Made by a program: the position numbers and the translations under genes. From a bacterium (GTDB taxonomy: Bacteria > Electryoneota > Electryoneia > Electryoneales > Electryoneaceae): 64,000 nucleotides of DNA. Location of the stretch: NCBI GenBank assembly GCA_963675295.2, contig CAXXKJ010000002.1, positions 3,840,001-3,904,000 on the forward strand, written 5' to 3'. A model generated the notes under the pieces. The model was not told where the DNA came from, made no database searches, and saw nothing but the letters and a program-made list of their open reading frames with translations. Shown here in pieces: positions 28,250 through 38,017 of the stretch (position 1 is the stretch's first letter; every line of letters begins with the position of its first letter).

Positions 28250-29779
28250 TCAGCGCACGAGAACCAGCTTCTGGACAGCGACCGGCTGACCGGTTGCCTG
28301 TGCCCGGACGAAGTAGGTGCCGCTGGCGAGGTTGCCGGCGTCCACCGGAATCCGGAAACTGCCGGCGTTCATCGACGCAGCCAGCAACGTCCGCACGACA
28401 CGTCCCTCGAGGTTGATGAGGTCAACGTTCAGCTGCGCCGGATGCGGCAGGTTCAACGCGATGGATGTGAACGCGTTGAACGGGTTCGGAAATGCCGTCT
28501 CCAGCAGCGAGGAGCCGTCAACGCCGGGGATGCTGTAATCCATGTACTCCCCGTCAACACCGGTGAGTGTGTTGCCGCTGTGATTGAATTCGGAGTCCGG
28601 GCCGTACTTGGCGACCAGGAAGCGCTGCGGTTCGACAGATCGTGTAAAGCCGGTCACCGCGAAGCCGCCGTCCGCCGTCTGGCATACTCCCCACGAGTCT
28701 TCCATCTCTGGCCCGCCGAGTGTTGTCGTCCATTCCCAGAATCCGTCCTCATCCGCTTTGGCGAGCAGAATCTGGTTGCCCGCGCTGGGGATGTTGGTCA
28801 CACCGGACATGATGTAGCCGCCGTCCGAAGTGCAGCAGACACTGCGACCGAACTCGAGGCGGTGTCCGCCCCACATTGTCATCCACAGCAGGTCGCCGCG
28901 CTGGTTGTAGCGCAGCAGCCACGCGTCCCCCTCGCCGAGGTCGAACGATTCGGTTTTGCCGGTGCAGATGAAGCCGCCGTCCGGGGTTTCCTTGAACTCG
29001 TAGATATGGTCCTTTTCCTCGCCGCCGTAGGTGACCGCACCGAGGAAATCGCCGTCCGGGTTGACTTTGCAGATGAAGGCGTCGCGTCCACCGGCACCGT
29101 ACGACCACGTGCGGCCGGCGAAGGCGTAGTTGCCATCCTGCAGGACTTCGAGTGTCCACGCCTGTTCCTTGACGCCGCCGTCGTAGGTCCGTTGCCAGAT
29201 CACCGAACCGTCATTCGGGTTGAGTTTCGCCAATACGGCCTTCATCCGGCTGGGGTCAAGTTCGGTCCAGCCGCAGACGAGGATGTCGTCTTCATGAGTA
29301 ACAGACACATCGCGGCCGAAGTCAGGGTGCGGAGATGGCAGACTGGTCGCCCACTGGAGGTTTCCGTCGCAATCGGTCTTGATCACGCCGATGTCGGAGT
29401 TGTTGCCGATGACCTGCGTGCTGGCCGCGATGACGAAGCCGCCGTCCGGGGTTGACTCGACCCCGTAGCCCATCTGGCGTTGCTCGTCCCCGTATTTCTG
29501 CTGCCACAGGAGGTGACCACTCGGGTCGAATTTGACCAGCCAGACGTCGCGGTCGTAGGTCTCGGTGGTATCGTACCCGAAGGTACCGCAGGCGACGATA
29601 CAGCCGTCCGCGAGTGGTTCGACGTCAAATCCCTGCGAGCAACCGAGACGATTGCCGCCGTAGCGAACCCAGAGCGAGTCCGGTGCTGTGCCGGCAAGGC
29701 ATGAAAGGGAACTGCACACGAGGAGAGTCGCCGCGAATGCGACAAGAAAACGACCACGTTTCATAGTCATGATGAGCAC
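28250..29779 (-). CDS. beta-propeller protein with T9SS type-A C-terminal sorting domain
   Basis: TPDGGF repeats; C-terminus AFPNPFN...LASGTYFVR...KLVLVR. Confidence 0.9.
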   Translation of the reverse strand: MLIMTMKRGRFLVAFAATLLVCSSLSCLAGTAPDSLWVRYGGNRLGCSQGFDVEPLADGCIVACGTFGYDTTETYDRDVWLVKFDPSGHLLWQQKYGDEQRQMGYGVESTPDGGFVIAASTQVIGNNSDIGVIKTDCDGNLQWATSLPSPHPDFGRDVSVTHEDDILVCGWTELDPSRMKAVLAKLNPNDGSVIWQRTYDGGVKEQAWTLEVLQDGNYAFAGRTWSYGAGGRDAFICKVNPDGDFLGAVTYGGEEKDHIYEFKETPDGGFICTGKTESFDLGEGDAWLLRYNQRGDLLWMTMWGGHRLEFGRSVCCTSDGGYIMSGVTNIPSAGNQILLAKADEDGFWEWTTTLGGPEMEDSWGVCQTADGGFAVTGFTRSVEPQRFLVAKYGPDSEFNHSGNTLTGVDGEYMDYSIPGVDGSSLLETAFPNPFNAFTSIALNLPHPAQLNVDLINLEGRVVRTLLAASMNAGSFRIPVDAGNLASGTYFVRAQATGQPVAVQKLVLVR

Positions 29780-29979
29780 CTGCTTGTATGTAATAATCCG
29801 TTCGATATTTGGAACAACGTCTATAACCTAGGGGTCGAACCGGGCGTTGTAAAGTGGGAGTGAGCAATCTTCCTGTTTCGCGGTGGAGCCAGCGGATAAT
29901 CCCTTGTGTTTGATATGGATAAACTTAAGCCGCTCCCGAGACGGAAGCGGCTTGCGGATACGACGAATCGTCCCGGGGT

Positions 29980-30579
29980 CTACTTCCGTAGCGGCATGCG
30001 TGGCAAGTGCAGCCCATGCCACAGCTTCACTTTGCTCTTGGACGGCGGGAAGACCCCTTCCTGAGCAAATCGAATGTCTTCCACGATGTAGAACGCGTTC
30101 GGGTTGTAGTGTTTGATCACGTCGATCAAATCGCCGAGACGGATGCGTTTAACCAGGGTGTAGATGACGCTCACCGGGCCGGTTGATCCTTCACCGAGCA
30201 CGCTGGTAACGCCGTAGTTTTTCTCGCGCAAGGCGTTAATCAGTTCAGTCGCGTCCTGGCGGGTGATGATGCGGACGCTGACAATCCCCAACGCCAGCCG
30301 TTGCTCGATCTGCATCCCGACGAAGGTTCCCGCCGCAAACCCACCGGCATATGCGATGTAGTAAATCGGTGCGGTCAGGTTCTGCATGATCTGGCCGATC
30401 GCCACGATCCAGACCAGCACCTCGACAAAACCGAGCAGCGGCGCAAGCGCCTTCATTCCGCGGGCAATGAAGATCACGCGGATGGTTCCGATGCTGACAT
30501 CGACGACACGGGCGAGGAAGATCAGGATCGGCAGAATCACCATCGTGAAAAGGGTGGAATCGGTACTCACGAGGTCCAT
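29980..30579 (-). CDS. UPF0316 (DUF5698/DUF2179) membrane protein
   Basis: ARVVDVSIGTIR, GFVEVLVW, YAGGFAAG, GEGSTG; start at MDLVST is approximate. Confidence 0.85.
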   Translation of the reverse strand: MDLVSTDSTLFTMVILPILIFLARVVDVSIGTIRVIFIARGMKALAPLLGFVEVLVWIVAIGQIMQNLTAPIYYIAYAGGFAAGTFVGMQIEQRLALGIVSVRIITRQDATELINALREKNYGVTSVLGEGSTGPVSVIYTLVKRIRLGDLIDVIKHYNPNAFYIVEDIRFAQEGVFPPSKSKVKLWHGLHLPRMPLRK

Positions 30580-30792
30580 GAAAACGTCAACTTTCCGGTT
30601 CTGTTGTGATCGGTATATCGAACGGAACATAGCGGGCGAATATACACCGATCCAATTGGATGTGGGTACGATCCCTGCTCGTAAAGACCCGGCTTTCCGG
30701 GCACTCAAAATCGGCTGAACGCAGCTCCATCCGCCGTCCCGGAACGCTACCTTTGCTCACCATCAATGCAATCATTTTAGGAGGAGCACACC

Positions 30793-32634
30793 ATGTCGCT
30801 GATGCACGAACTCCGCGACCAGTTCATGTCGTTGCATGAACGCAAGGAAAGCCTGTATTGGCAGAAAGCGATGAACCTTTCCGGCTACCAGGTGGGAAGT
30901 TGGGAGAAGGCCGACATCGAAATGAAACGATTCACCACCAACCCGGACTGGCTGAAGCAGGTACGCAAAGAGCTGGAGCGCAGCGGCCTGTCGGACACAG
31001 AGAAGCGTGTGCTGAACGGCTGGCGACGTTTCTTTGAAGCCAATGTGATCGAGAAAGCGCATGGTCGTGAACTGCAGGAACAGATGATCGGGATGGAGAG
31101 CGAGCTTGCTCGCAAGAAGATGGATGCCCATCTCGGCTACACCGATCCACATACGGGCGAACACCTGCAGGCAAGCCCGGTCAAGTTGCGGCTGATGGTG
31201 TTGACCAACGACGACGAGGCAATGCGCAAGGCAGCGTGGGAAGGCCTGCACGAAATCGAGGGTTGGCTGCTCGACCATGGCATGCTCGACATCATCGCCA
31301 AGCGTAACGAAATCGGACGAGCACTGGGCTACGACGATTTCTATTCCTGGCGGGTGCAGATGAACGAGGGCATCTCGAAGGAAGTCGTCTTCGAGAAGCT
31401 CGGCGACCTCGAACAAAACACGCGTGAAGCCTGCCGCCGGATCGTGGAAAACGTGAAGAAGGCACACGGTGAGGAAGGCGCGCGGCCGTGGAATTTCGAT
31501 TACCTGACCCGCGGTGACCTGACCAAGCAGCGCGCGCCGTATCTCAGTTTCGAGACCGCTGTCGAACGCTGGGGCCGCAGTTTCGCCGCGCTGGGAATCA
31601 ACCTCAACCATGCGAAGTTGCAGCTTGATCTCGTGGATCGAAGCGGCAAGTACGAAAACGGCTTCATGCATTCACCGCGGCCATCGTTCCTCGATGAAGG
31701 CACGCATCGGCCCGCAGAGATCAACTTCACCGCGAATGCTGTCCCCGGCCAGCCGGGCTCGGGCCAACGCGCACTGGAAACCCTGTTCCACGAGGGCGGG
31801 CACGCGGCCCACTTCGCGAACGTGATGATGCCGGCGCCGTGCTTCGGGCAGGAGTATGCGCCGACCTCGATTGCATTGGCGGAAACTCAGTCGATGTTCA
31901 TGGACAACTTCATCAGCGATCCGGACTGGTTGCAGCGATACGCACTCGACGCCAATGGCAAGACGATGCCGGCGGAATTGATCCACGCTACGGTCGAGGA
32001 AGAGCTGAAGCTGATGGCGCATCAGCTGCGCGGCATGATGTGTGTCCCGTTCTTCGAGAAGGAAGTGTACGAGATGCTGGACCTGGAACGTTCGACCGAT
32101 CGTGTGATGGACACCGCGCGCAAGATCGAGAAGCGGATGTCGTTCCAGCCGGCGCTTGCGCGTCCGACCTTGTCCGTGCCGCACCTGCAGGATAACGAGT
32201 CCAGCGCGTATTATCACGCCTACATCCTCGCTCAGATGGCGGTGTATCAACTGCGGGCGTTCTTCCGCAAGCGGGACGGGCACCTGCTCGACAACCCGAA
32301 GATCGGCAAGGATCTTGCTGAAGTGATCTGGGAACGTGGCAACGAGAAGAACTTCCTCGAATACATCAAGGATCTCACCGGCGAGGAATTCAGCGCGCAG
32401 GCGACGGTCGATCTTGTCAACAAGGACCTCGACACGATTCACCGTGAGGTGGACGAAGCCCTGTCGAAGGAAAAGACCATCCCGCGTCACGAGGGCCCGG
32501 TCGAGCTGCACCACGACATCACGATGATTTACGGTGACAAACAGGTCGCCCATTCGGACAGCGCGGCTACCTTCGAGACGATGGCGAAGGCGTACGGTGA
32601 GTGGATCCGTGAGATGGAATCCGCGGCGGAGTAA
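30793..32634 (+). CDS. M3 family metallopeptidase
   Basis: DRSGKY, TLFHEGGHAAH, AETQSMFMD; GGAGGAG RBS. Confidence 0.9.
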   Translation: MSLMHELRDQFMSLHERKESLYWQKAMNLSGYQVGSWEKADIEMKRFTTNPDWLKQVRKELERSGLSDTEKRVLNGWRRFFEANVIEKAHGRELQEQMIGMESELARKKMDAHLGYTDPHTGEHLQASPVKLRLMVLTNDDEAMRKAAWEGLHEIEGWLLDHGMLDIIAKRNEIGRALGYDDFYSWRVQMNEGISKEVVFEKLGDLEQNTREACRRIVENVKKAHGEEGARPWNFDYLTRGDLTKQRAPYLSFETAVERWGRSFAALGINLNHAKLQLDLVDRSGKYENGFMHSPRPSFLDEGTHRPAEINFTANAVPGQPGSGQRALETLFHEGGHAAHFANVMMPAPCFGQEYAPTSIALAETQSMFMDNFISDPDWLQRYALDANGKTMPAELIHATVEEELKLMAHQLRGMMCVPFFEKEVYEMLDLERSTDRVMDTARKIEKRMSFQPALARPTLSVPHLQDNESSAYYHAYILAQMAVYQLRAFFRKRDGHLLDNPKIGKDLAEVIWERGNEKNFLEYIKDLTGEEFSAQATVDLVNKDLDTIHREVDEALSKEKTIPRHEGPVELHHDITMIYGDKQVAHSDSAATFETMAKAYGEWIREMESAAE

Positions 32635-32641
32635 GGTAGTT

Positions 32642-32669
32642 TGCCCCGACGAGCTTGCTGGTCGGGATT
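32642..32669 (-). repeat. palindromic repeat family D, inverted copy
   Basis: Reverse complement aatcccgaccagcaagctcgtcggggca, one mismatch to the copies at 46417 and 56496. Confidence 0.85.
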
Positions 32670-32696
32670 CTCAGCGTTCAAATACCAACATCAAAC

Positions 32697-32724
32697 GGCC
32701 CGCGCATTCATGCACGGGCCTTTT
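32697..32724 (+). terminator. intrinsic terminator
   Basis: ggcccgcgca-ttca-tgcacgggcc-tttt. Confidence 0.65.
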
Positions 32725-32788
32725 CACTTGGTCTCACTCTTGCACGTGTTGGCTCCGCCAACGCGGGTATTCCTATGCGGACACGTCG

Positions 32789-33709
32789 CTACCGTTTCCG
32801 CAGCAACCGCTCATAGAAGTCGGCGTGTTGTTCGTTGGGATCGAGCGACGCCAGTTTCGACAACGGGCTCCACTCCTCGTATTCCGATAACGCGCTGGCG
32901 TAGTTGTAATAGTTGAGGTCGTAGAACCGCTTCAACTTGGCGGTATCCCGGATCTTGTCGAGCTGCTTGATCGCGTACAGCAGGTACTGTTTCGCGGTCT
33001 CGCGGTCGCGTTCGGTGTAGTATAACCACTCGCCGGTGTAGTACAGGAAGTTGAGGTAGCGGATGTAATCGTTCTGCGGGTCGGTGATCTCCTCGACCCA
33101 CTCCTCACGCTTGTCCCAACCGAGGAAATAGCGGCTGGATAGCCGTGCCTGCGACGCGATCTGCCGTGCGCGCTCGTAATACGGTTCCCCGCCGAACTTC
33201 TTCACCTTGTCGTGTTCGAAACCGAGCGCCATGAAGGTGTAAAAGTCGATCGCGCTGCGGAATGAATCGAACTGATCATTGAAGAACAGCTGTGTGCCCG
33301 GATCGTACGCGAACTGCCAGCGCGGGTCTGAATACTGCATGTTGCTGCGGTTTGAAACCACGATCTGCGCTTTGTAGCGGTCCTCGAACTCGACATCGAG
33401 GACTTCGTCAAAGTAAATCTCGACGTCAAACTCGAGATTGTACTTGTAATCGTTCGGCCCCCACTCCCGCTGGTTGAGGTAATTCTCGACGATCCGGTCG
33501 AGGCCGTTCAGCTTGTTCTGGTTCTCCTGCGGCATCTTGTCGGTGTTGATCTTGACATACGACACCAACCGCTGCGCCGATGCGGGCAGGGTGATCAAGG
33601 TCAACAGGAGCAGAACGAGCACGGCCATGCGTGCGGCGGATGCGCCTCGTGGGGCGGAAGTTTTCACTGCGTTGTGTCGGGCGAACGTCATCGTGCGTCT
33701 ATCCACCAA
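32789..33709 (-). CDS. porD: DUF4835 family / T9SS PorD-like protein
   Basis: Signal peptide, VKIN...YLNQREW, IDFYTFMALG.EHD...GGEPYYERARQI resemble DUF4835; start uncertain. Confidence 0.65.
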   Translation of the reverse strand: MVDRRTMTFARHNAVKTSAPRGASAARMAVLVLLLLTLITLPASAQRLVSYVKINTDKMPQENQNKLNGLDRIVENYLNQREWGPNDYKYNLEFDVEIYFDEVLDVEFEDRYKAQIVVSNRSNMQYSDPRWQFAYDPGTQLFFNDQFDSFRSAIDFYTFMALGFEHDKVKKFGGEPYYERARQIASQARLSSRYFLGWDKREEWVEEITDPQNDYIRYLNFLYYTGEWLYYTERDRETAKQYLLYAIKQLDKIRDTAKLKRFYDLNYYNYASALSEYEEWSPLSKLASLDPNEQHADFYERLLRKR

Positions 33710-33799
33710 TCGTTTGGGACGGTCGTTCGGTCGATCAGAAGGTAGGCTCTCGAACTGGAAGAGTCACGTGCTCACGGTGCGGCTGGTTCCATCGGGGCT

Positions 33800-34543
33800 C
33801 TACGCGGCGGTGCGGTTGTCTGCGGACCAGATTCGGTAGGAATCGGGCATGTTGTCGTAGGTGGTGCCGTTTAACGTGCGTCCGGCCGCCTTCTTGTTTC
33901 GTCCGCCCCACTGCTTGAAGAAGAACGGCACGCGGGCGGCTTTGCATTGATGTAAGATATCCTGCACCCACTCGGGATCCATCGGACGCGCCTTCGGGCC
34001 AGATTCGCCGCCGACGATCACCCAGTCGATGCCGTCGAGGTTCATCGGGCCGGTGGGTCCGATCAACGGTTCGACGCTAAGGAATTTCGTTTTCGCCGGA
34101 GTGGCACGGAGGGAATCGATGCGTTTCACGACCTGGTAATTCTCGACGCTGACACCCATCCAGATATTGTCCGTCCACTCGAGCTCAGGCGCGAGTTTCG
34201 CCAAACGGCGGTCCCGTTTTGTCAGGATCTGGTAGAGGTGGGGTGTCTCGCGCATCACCTTGAAGACGGATTGGATGAACTCGAGCGGGACGTCCGGATG
34301 GAACAGGTCGGACATCGAGTTGACGAAGATGATCTGTGGTTTCTTCCACGAACGCGGCTTGTCGACCACCTCAGGATGGACACGGACAGAGAATCCCGCC
34401 TGGTAATTCGGCTGCCCCATCGCCTTGAGTCGCCGGGTCATCGTCTCGGCGTAACAGTAGCGGCAACCCTCACTCACCTTGCTGCAACCGGTGACCGGGT
34501 TCCATGTGGATTCGGTCCACTCTATTCGAGATGCGATGGCCAT
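33800..34543 (-). CDS. DUF5131 (phage Gp37/Gp68) three-Cys radical-SAM-like protein
   Basis: IEWTESTWNPVTGCSKVSEGCRYCYA, FVNSMSDLFH, WVIVGGESG, FFFKQWGG. Confidence 0.93.
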   Translation of the reverse strand: MAIASRIEWTESTWNPVTGCSKVSEGCRYCYAETMTRRLKAMGQPNYQAGFSVRVHPEVVDKPRSWKKPQIIFVNSMSDLFHPDVPLEFIQSVFKVMRETPHLYQILTKRDRRLAKLAPELEWTDNIWMGVSVENYQVVKRIDSLRATPAKTKFLSVEPLIGPTGPMNLDGIDWVIVGGESGPKARPMDPEWVQDILHQCKAARVPFFFKQWGGRNKKAAGRTLNGTTYDNMPDSYRIWSADNRTAA

Positions 34544-34546
34544 GGC

Positions 34547-35605
34547 TTAGAACCTAAACGTAACATAGCATTCAGAAGGGTAGTTTACCTCCGGCACCTT
34601 TCGTGGATAGGTTTCTGTGTGTTTTTCAAGCAGCCCCTCACTCAGTAACTTTCTAAAAGTGTAATTCAAATGTTTAGGCAAGAATCGAGTATCATCTTCG
34701 ACATATCCACGTATATCGCCGACCATTATTCTATTCAATGATCCATATTTTGTCTTCAATATATCAATCAAACTATCATAAACATAATCCGACTCAAACA
34801 TTCCAAGTTGATCAGGATTTTTTCTATCAGAAAAATGATAACCATATACAGGATCAGCTTTCCAATAGGCATCCTTCATCTTATGAAATCCTCTGACATG
34901 ATTAGTAAAATGAATCAAATGATAAATTACTTGATTAGATTTTCCAACAATTTCAAATGGGAGTATTTTCATATTCGGTTTTATATTTCTCATTTTTGAT
35001 ATATATTTTTTCAGCAAATATTCCTTTTCATCTCTTATATCATTAGGTATCTGCATCATTTCACCAAAATAATCTTCTATAAGTTCTTTATTTCTATTCA
35101 AACCTTGAATATTAAAATTTAGGAGAATTTCAACGGAATCAAGCTCTAATAACTTAATAATATCTGAAAAGTAAATATCTTTGAATCCAAATGGATCTAA
35201 GAATATAAATCCCGCCGTATTCTTATCAGCGAGCTCATCTATAACAGTTTTGATAAAATCGGACCAATTTTGATTGATTATATCTACATGTAAATATTTA
35301 TAATTAGCCTTAGAATATAATTTGTTTAAATGTGCGATACACTTAGCATCTGCATCGTTGAAGTAGAATTTATTAGCTGCCTCAGTTATTCTTGGAGACT
35401 TATTCGCCTCGATCAAGGCTGCTAATGGTGAACCATAATTATAATTAGTATATTCTCCTGGTCCACACATTCCATCGATATAAACAATAGAATCGAACTG
35501 ACGACAACAAATAGGAAACCATGCTTTCAAATAGTTTCTTAGAATTTGTATCTTGATTTTGGTATGTTCGTCAGCTTCCCAAGGGATAGAGTGATTCTTC
35601 GACAT
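34547..35605 (-). CDS. tcmP: three-Cys-motif partner protein TcmP (SAM-methyltransferase-like), AT-rich
   Basis: HTKIKIQILRNYLKAW, YIDGMCGPG, GSPL, FIFLDPFG; AAGGAG RBS before ATG 35605; adjacent to DUF5131. Confidence 0.88.
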   Translation of the reverse strand: MSKNHSIPWEADEHTKIKIQILRNYLKAWFPICCRQFDSIVYIDGMCGPGEYTNYNYGSPLAALIEANKSPRITEAANKFYFNDADAKCIAHLNKLYSKANYKYLHVDIINQNWSDFIKTVIDELADKNTAGFIFLDPFGFKDIYFSDIIKLLELDSVEILLNFNIQGLNRNKELIEDYFGEMMQIPNDIRDEKEYLLKKYISKMRNIKPNMKILPFEIVGKSNQVIYHLIHFTNHVRGFHKMKDAYWKADPVYGYHFSDRKNPDQLGMFESDYVYDSLIDILKTKYGSLNRIMVGDIRGYVEDDTRFLPKHLNYTFRKLLSEGLLEKHTETYPRKVPEVNYPSECYVTFRF

Positions 35606-35669
35606 TCTGGCCTTCTCCTTTCTAAGACTGAACAAAAGTACAGCCCACAGAGAAGAAATGCAAGTACTT

Positions 35670-36179
35670 TCACTGTATCTCCACCAACGGCACGTTCGCG
35701 TCAACCTGATCGCCCTCGGCGCAGTCGAGTGTGACGATCTCGCCTGACATCGGGGCGCGGAGGGTGTGTTCCATCTTCATCGCTTCGACGATCAGCACCG
35801 GCGCGCCTTCCTCAATCGTGTCGCCGACCTTCGCGAATACCTTGATCACTTTGCCGGGCATCGGTGCGGCGACCATATTCTCGGCGACGGCTGCGGCTCC
35901 GCCGTCATCGTCGGAAACGCTGGTGAAGCGGTAGATGCGGCCGTCCACGGCGGCCCAGACGGTCCCGTTGCGTTCTTTTGCGGCGGCGACGGCGTGACGG
36001 CTGCCCCCCTCCACGCGCCACAGGCCGGCCTGCGCGGCGGTGGGTGTGAATTCGCCCTGCAGAGTGACGGGCTGGGAGTCGTCACCGTCCGGTGTGAGCT
36101 CGGCGCTGAGGTACGTTTCGCTGCGTTGCGCCTTGACGGTTACGGTCGTGTCACTGGTCTTGTAGGCTCGTTTCTTCAT
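35670..36179 (-). CDS. biotin carboxyl carrier protein with N-terminal BT-like domain
   Basis: APMPGKV and EAMKME biotinylation motif; GAGG RBS. Confidence 0.9.
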   Translation of the reverse strand: MKKRAYKTSDTTVTVKAQRSETYLSAELTPDGDDSQPVTLQGEFTPTAAQAGLWRVEGGSRHAVAAAKERNGTVWAAVDGRIYRFTSVSDDDGGAAAVAENMVAAPMPGKVIKVFAKVGDTIEEGAPVLIVEAMKMEHTLRAPMSGEIVTLDCAEGDQVDANVPLVEIQ

Positions 36180-36214
36180 CGTCTATGCCTCAAATCGTGT
36201 GATATCAACGTTGA

Positions 36215-37735
36215 TTACACCTTCACCCCGATGCGCCACGGTCCGGCGGTGGTCCATGGGCTCGGGATGCCGCCCGTGCCTTCGAAACCGGCGGCGTCAC
36301 CGTTCGTGGCCGCGGCTCCGCTTGACTCGCCCAATCCGGCCGCGACGGCGAGCGCGACCTGTTCGGTTTGCAGATCGTGCCCGGTCCAGCCGTCGAAATG
36401 GGTCGGAATGAAGTCGGTGTAGGTGCGTCCGGCGATGAATTCCGGGTGCGCGAGGACGTCCCGCAGGAACGGCGCGGTGGTCGGCACGCCGAGTGCGATG
36501 TAGCGTTCGAGGGCGTGGATCAGGCGGACGCGAGCGGCTTCACGATCATGCCCGAAGCCGATCACTTTCGCCATGATCGGGTCGTAGAAGATGGGCACGT
36601 CCACGCCTTCCGCGACGCCACCGTCCACACGGATGCCCGGGCCGCTGGGTTCACGCAGGTACAGCAACGGTCCCGCCGCCGGAAGGAAGCCGGCCGCCGG
36701 ATCCTCGGCATAGATTCGGGCCTGGATCGCGTGGCCGTGTTGCTTCAGATCTTCCTGTTTCCACGGCAATTTTTCGCCCGCCGCGACACGGAATTGTTGT
36801 GCGACGAGGTCGAGGCCGGTGGTTTCCTCTGTGACCGGATGCTCGACCTGGATGCGGGTGTTGACCTCGAGGAAGTAGAACTCCTGGCGCGGGTCGTCGA
36901 AGAGGAACTCGACCGTGCCGGCGTTGATGTAGTCGGACGCTTTCACTGCTTCGACCGCCGCCGCGCCCATTTTCGCGCGCATCTCGGGGGTCAGCGCGGT
37001 GGACGGTGTCTCCTCGACGACTTTCTGGTGCCGGCGCTGGATCGAGCATTCGCGTTCGAAGACGTGGACGGCGTTGCCGTGCTGGTCGGCGAACACCTGG
37101 AACTCGATGTGGCGTGGCTTCTCGACGTAGCGTTCGATGAACACGCGGGCGTCGCCGAAGGCACCCTTCGCCTCACGGGCCGCGCCCTCGATGGCTTCCG
37201 CGAACTGGGCGGGATCGCGCACGATGCGCATGCCCTTGCCGCCACCGCCCGCCGCCGCCTTGATCAGCACCGGGTAGCCGATTTTCTCCGCTTCGGCCTG
37301 GTAGGTGGCGAGGTCAACGTCACCCTCGCCTGCATAACCCGGGGTGACCGGCACACCGGCCTTTTCCATCGTGATCCGGCTGGCGACCTTGTCACCGAGG
37401 TGCGTGATGGCCGCGGGAGGCGGTCCGATCCAGGTGAGGCCGGCGTCCATGACCGCCTTCGCGAAGACCGCTCGTTCCGAGAGGAAGCCGTATCCCGGGT
37501 GGACGCAGTCGCAGCCGCTGGTGCGTGCGGCGTCGATCAGGCGTTCGATGTCGAGGTACGATTGCGCGGCCTCGGCGGGTCCGATGTGGACGGCGTCATC
37601 GGCGGAACGGACGTGCAACGCGCGCGAATCGGCGTCACTGTAGACGGCGACCGGACTGATGCCGAGGGTACGGGCTGCACGGATGATGCGGACGGCGATT
37701 TCGCCACGGTTGGCCACCAGCACTCGTTTGAACAT
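36215..37735 (-). CDS. accC: biotin carboxylase (acyl-CoA/methylcrotonyl-CoA carboxylase alpha, BC part)
   Basis: MFKRVLVANRGEIA, HPGYGFLSE, GGGGKGMR, ERECSIQRRHQK, EVNTRIQVEHPVTE. Confidence 0.92.
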   Translation of the reverse strand: MFKRVLVANRGEIAVRIIRAARTLGISPVAVYSDADSRALHVRSADDAVHIGPAEAAQSYLDIERLIDAARTSGCDCVHPGYGFLSERAVFAKAVMDAGLTWIGPPPAAITHLGDKVASRITMEKAGVPVTPGYAGEGDVDLATYQAEAEKIGYPVLIKAAAGGGGKGMRIVRDPAQFAEAIEGAAREAKGAFGDARVFIERYVEKPRHIEFQVFADQHGNAVHVFERECSIQRRHQKVVEETPSTALTPEMRAKMGAAAVEAVKASDYINAGTVEFLFDDPRQEFYFLEVNTRIQVEHPVTEETTGLDLVAQQFRVAAGEKLPWKQEDLKQHGHAIQARIYAEDPAAGFLPAAGPLLYLREPSGPGIRVDGGVAEGVDVPIFYDPIMAKVIGFGHDREAARVRLIHALERYIALGVPTTAPFLRDVLAHPEFIAGRTYTDFIPTHFDGWTGHDLQTEQVALAVAAGLGESSGAAATNGDAAGFEGTGGIPSPWTTAGPWRIGVKV

Positions 37736-38017
37736 GGATCTCCCCTGTCTGGCGATGGTGTTTCGGAAGATTAGGAAGGTGCGGCGCGAAAGATGGGATC
37801 GCAAGCGGGAGCGGGGCGGAAATACCGTGCACTGTCCGGCGAAGCTCCAGTCTCGTGAGCATTGTACGATGCGGTAAGACGCCAGTCTCTTCAGGATGAT
37901 TTGAACTCTGAGAAAATTTTTGTCCATGCACCGACGAAATGTGCGCGGGACAATTGTTTGTTGTAGTTTGTTGTTTGCTACGTTTATCGCCAGCAGTTCA
38001 AATGAATGGGGAAAATC

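Noticed and set aside
33800-34543. Prophage suggested by the phage Gp37/Gp68 family name
   Set aside because: No integrase, structural or replication genes nearby; the family commonly occurs with tcmP outside phages.
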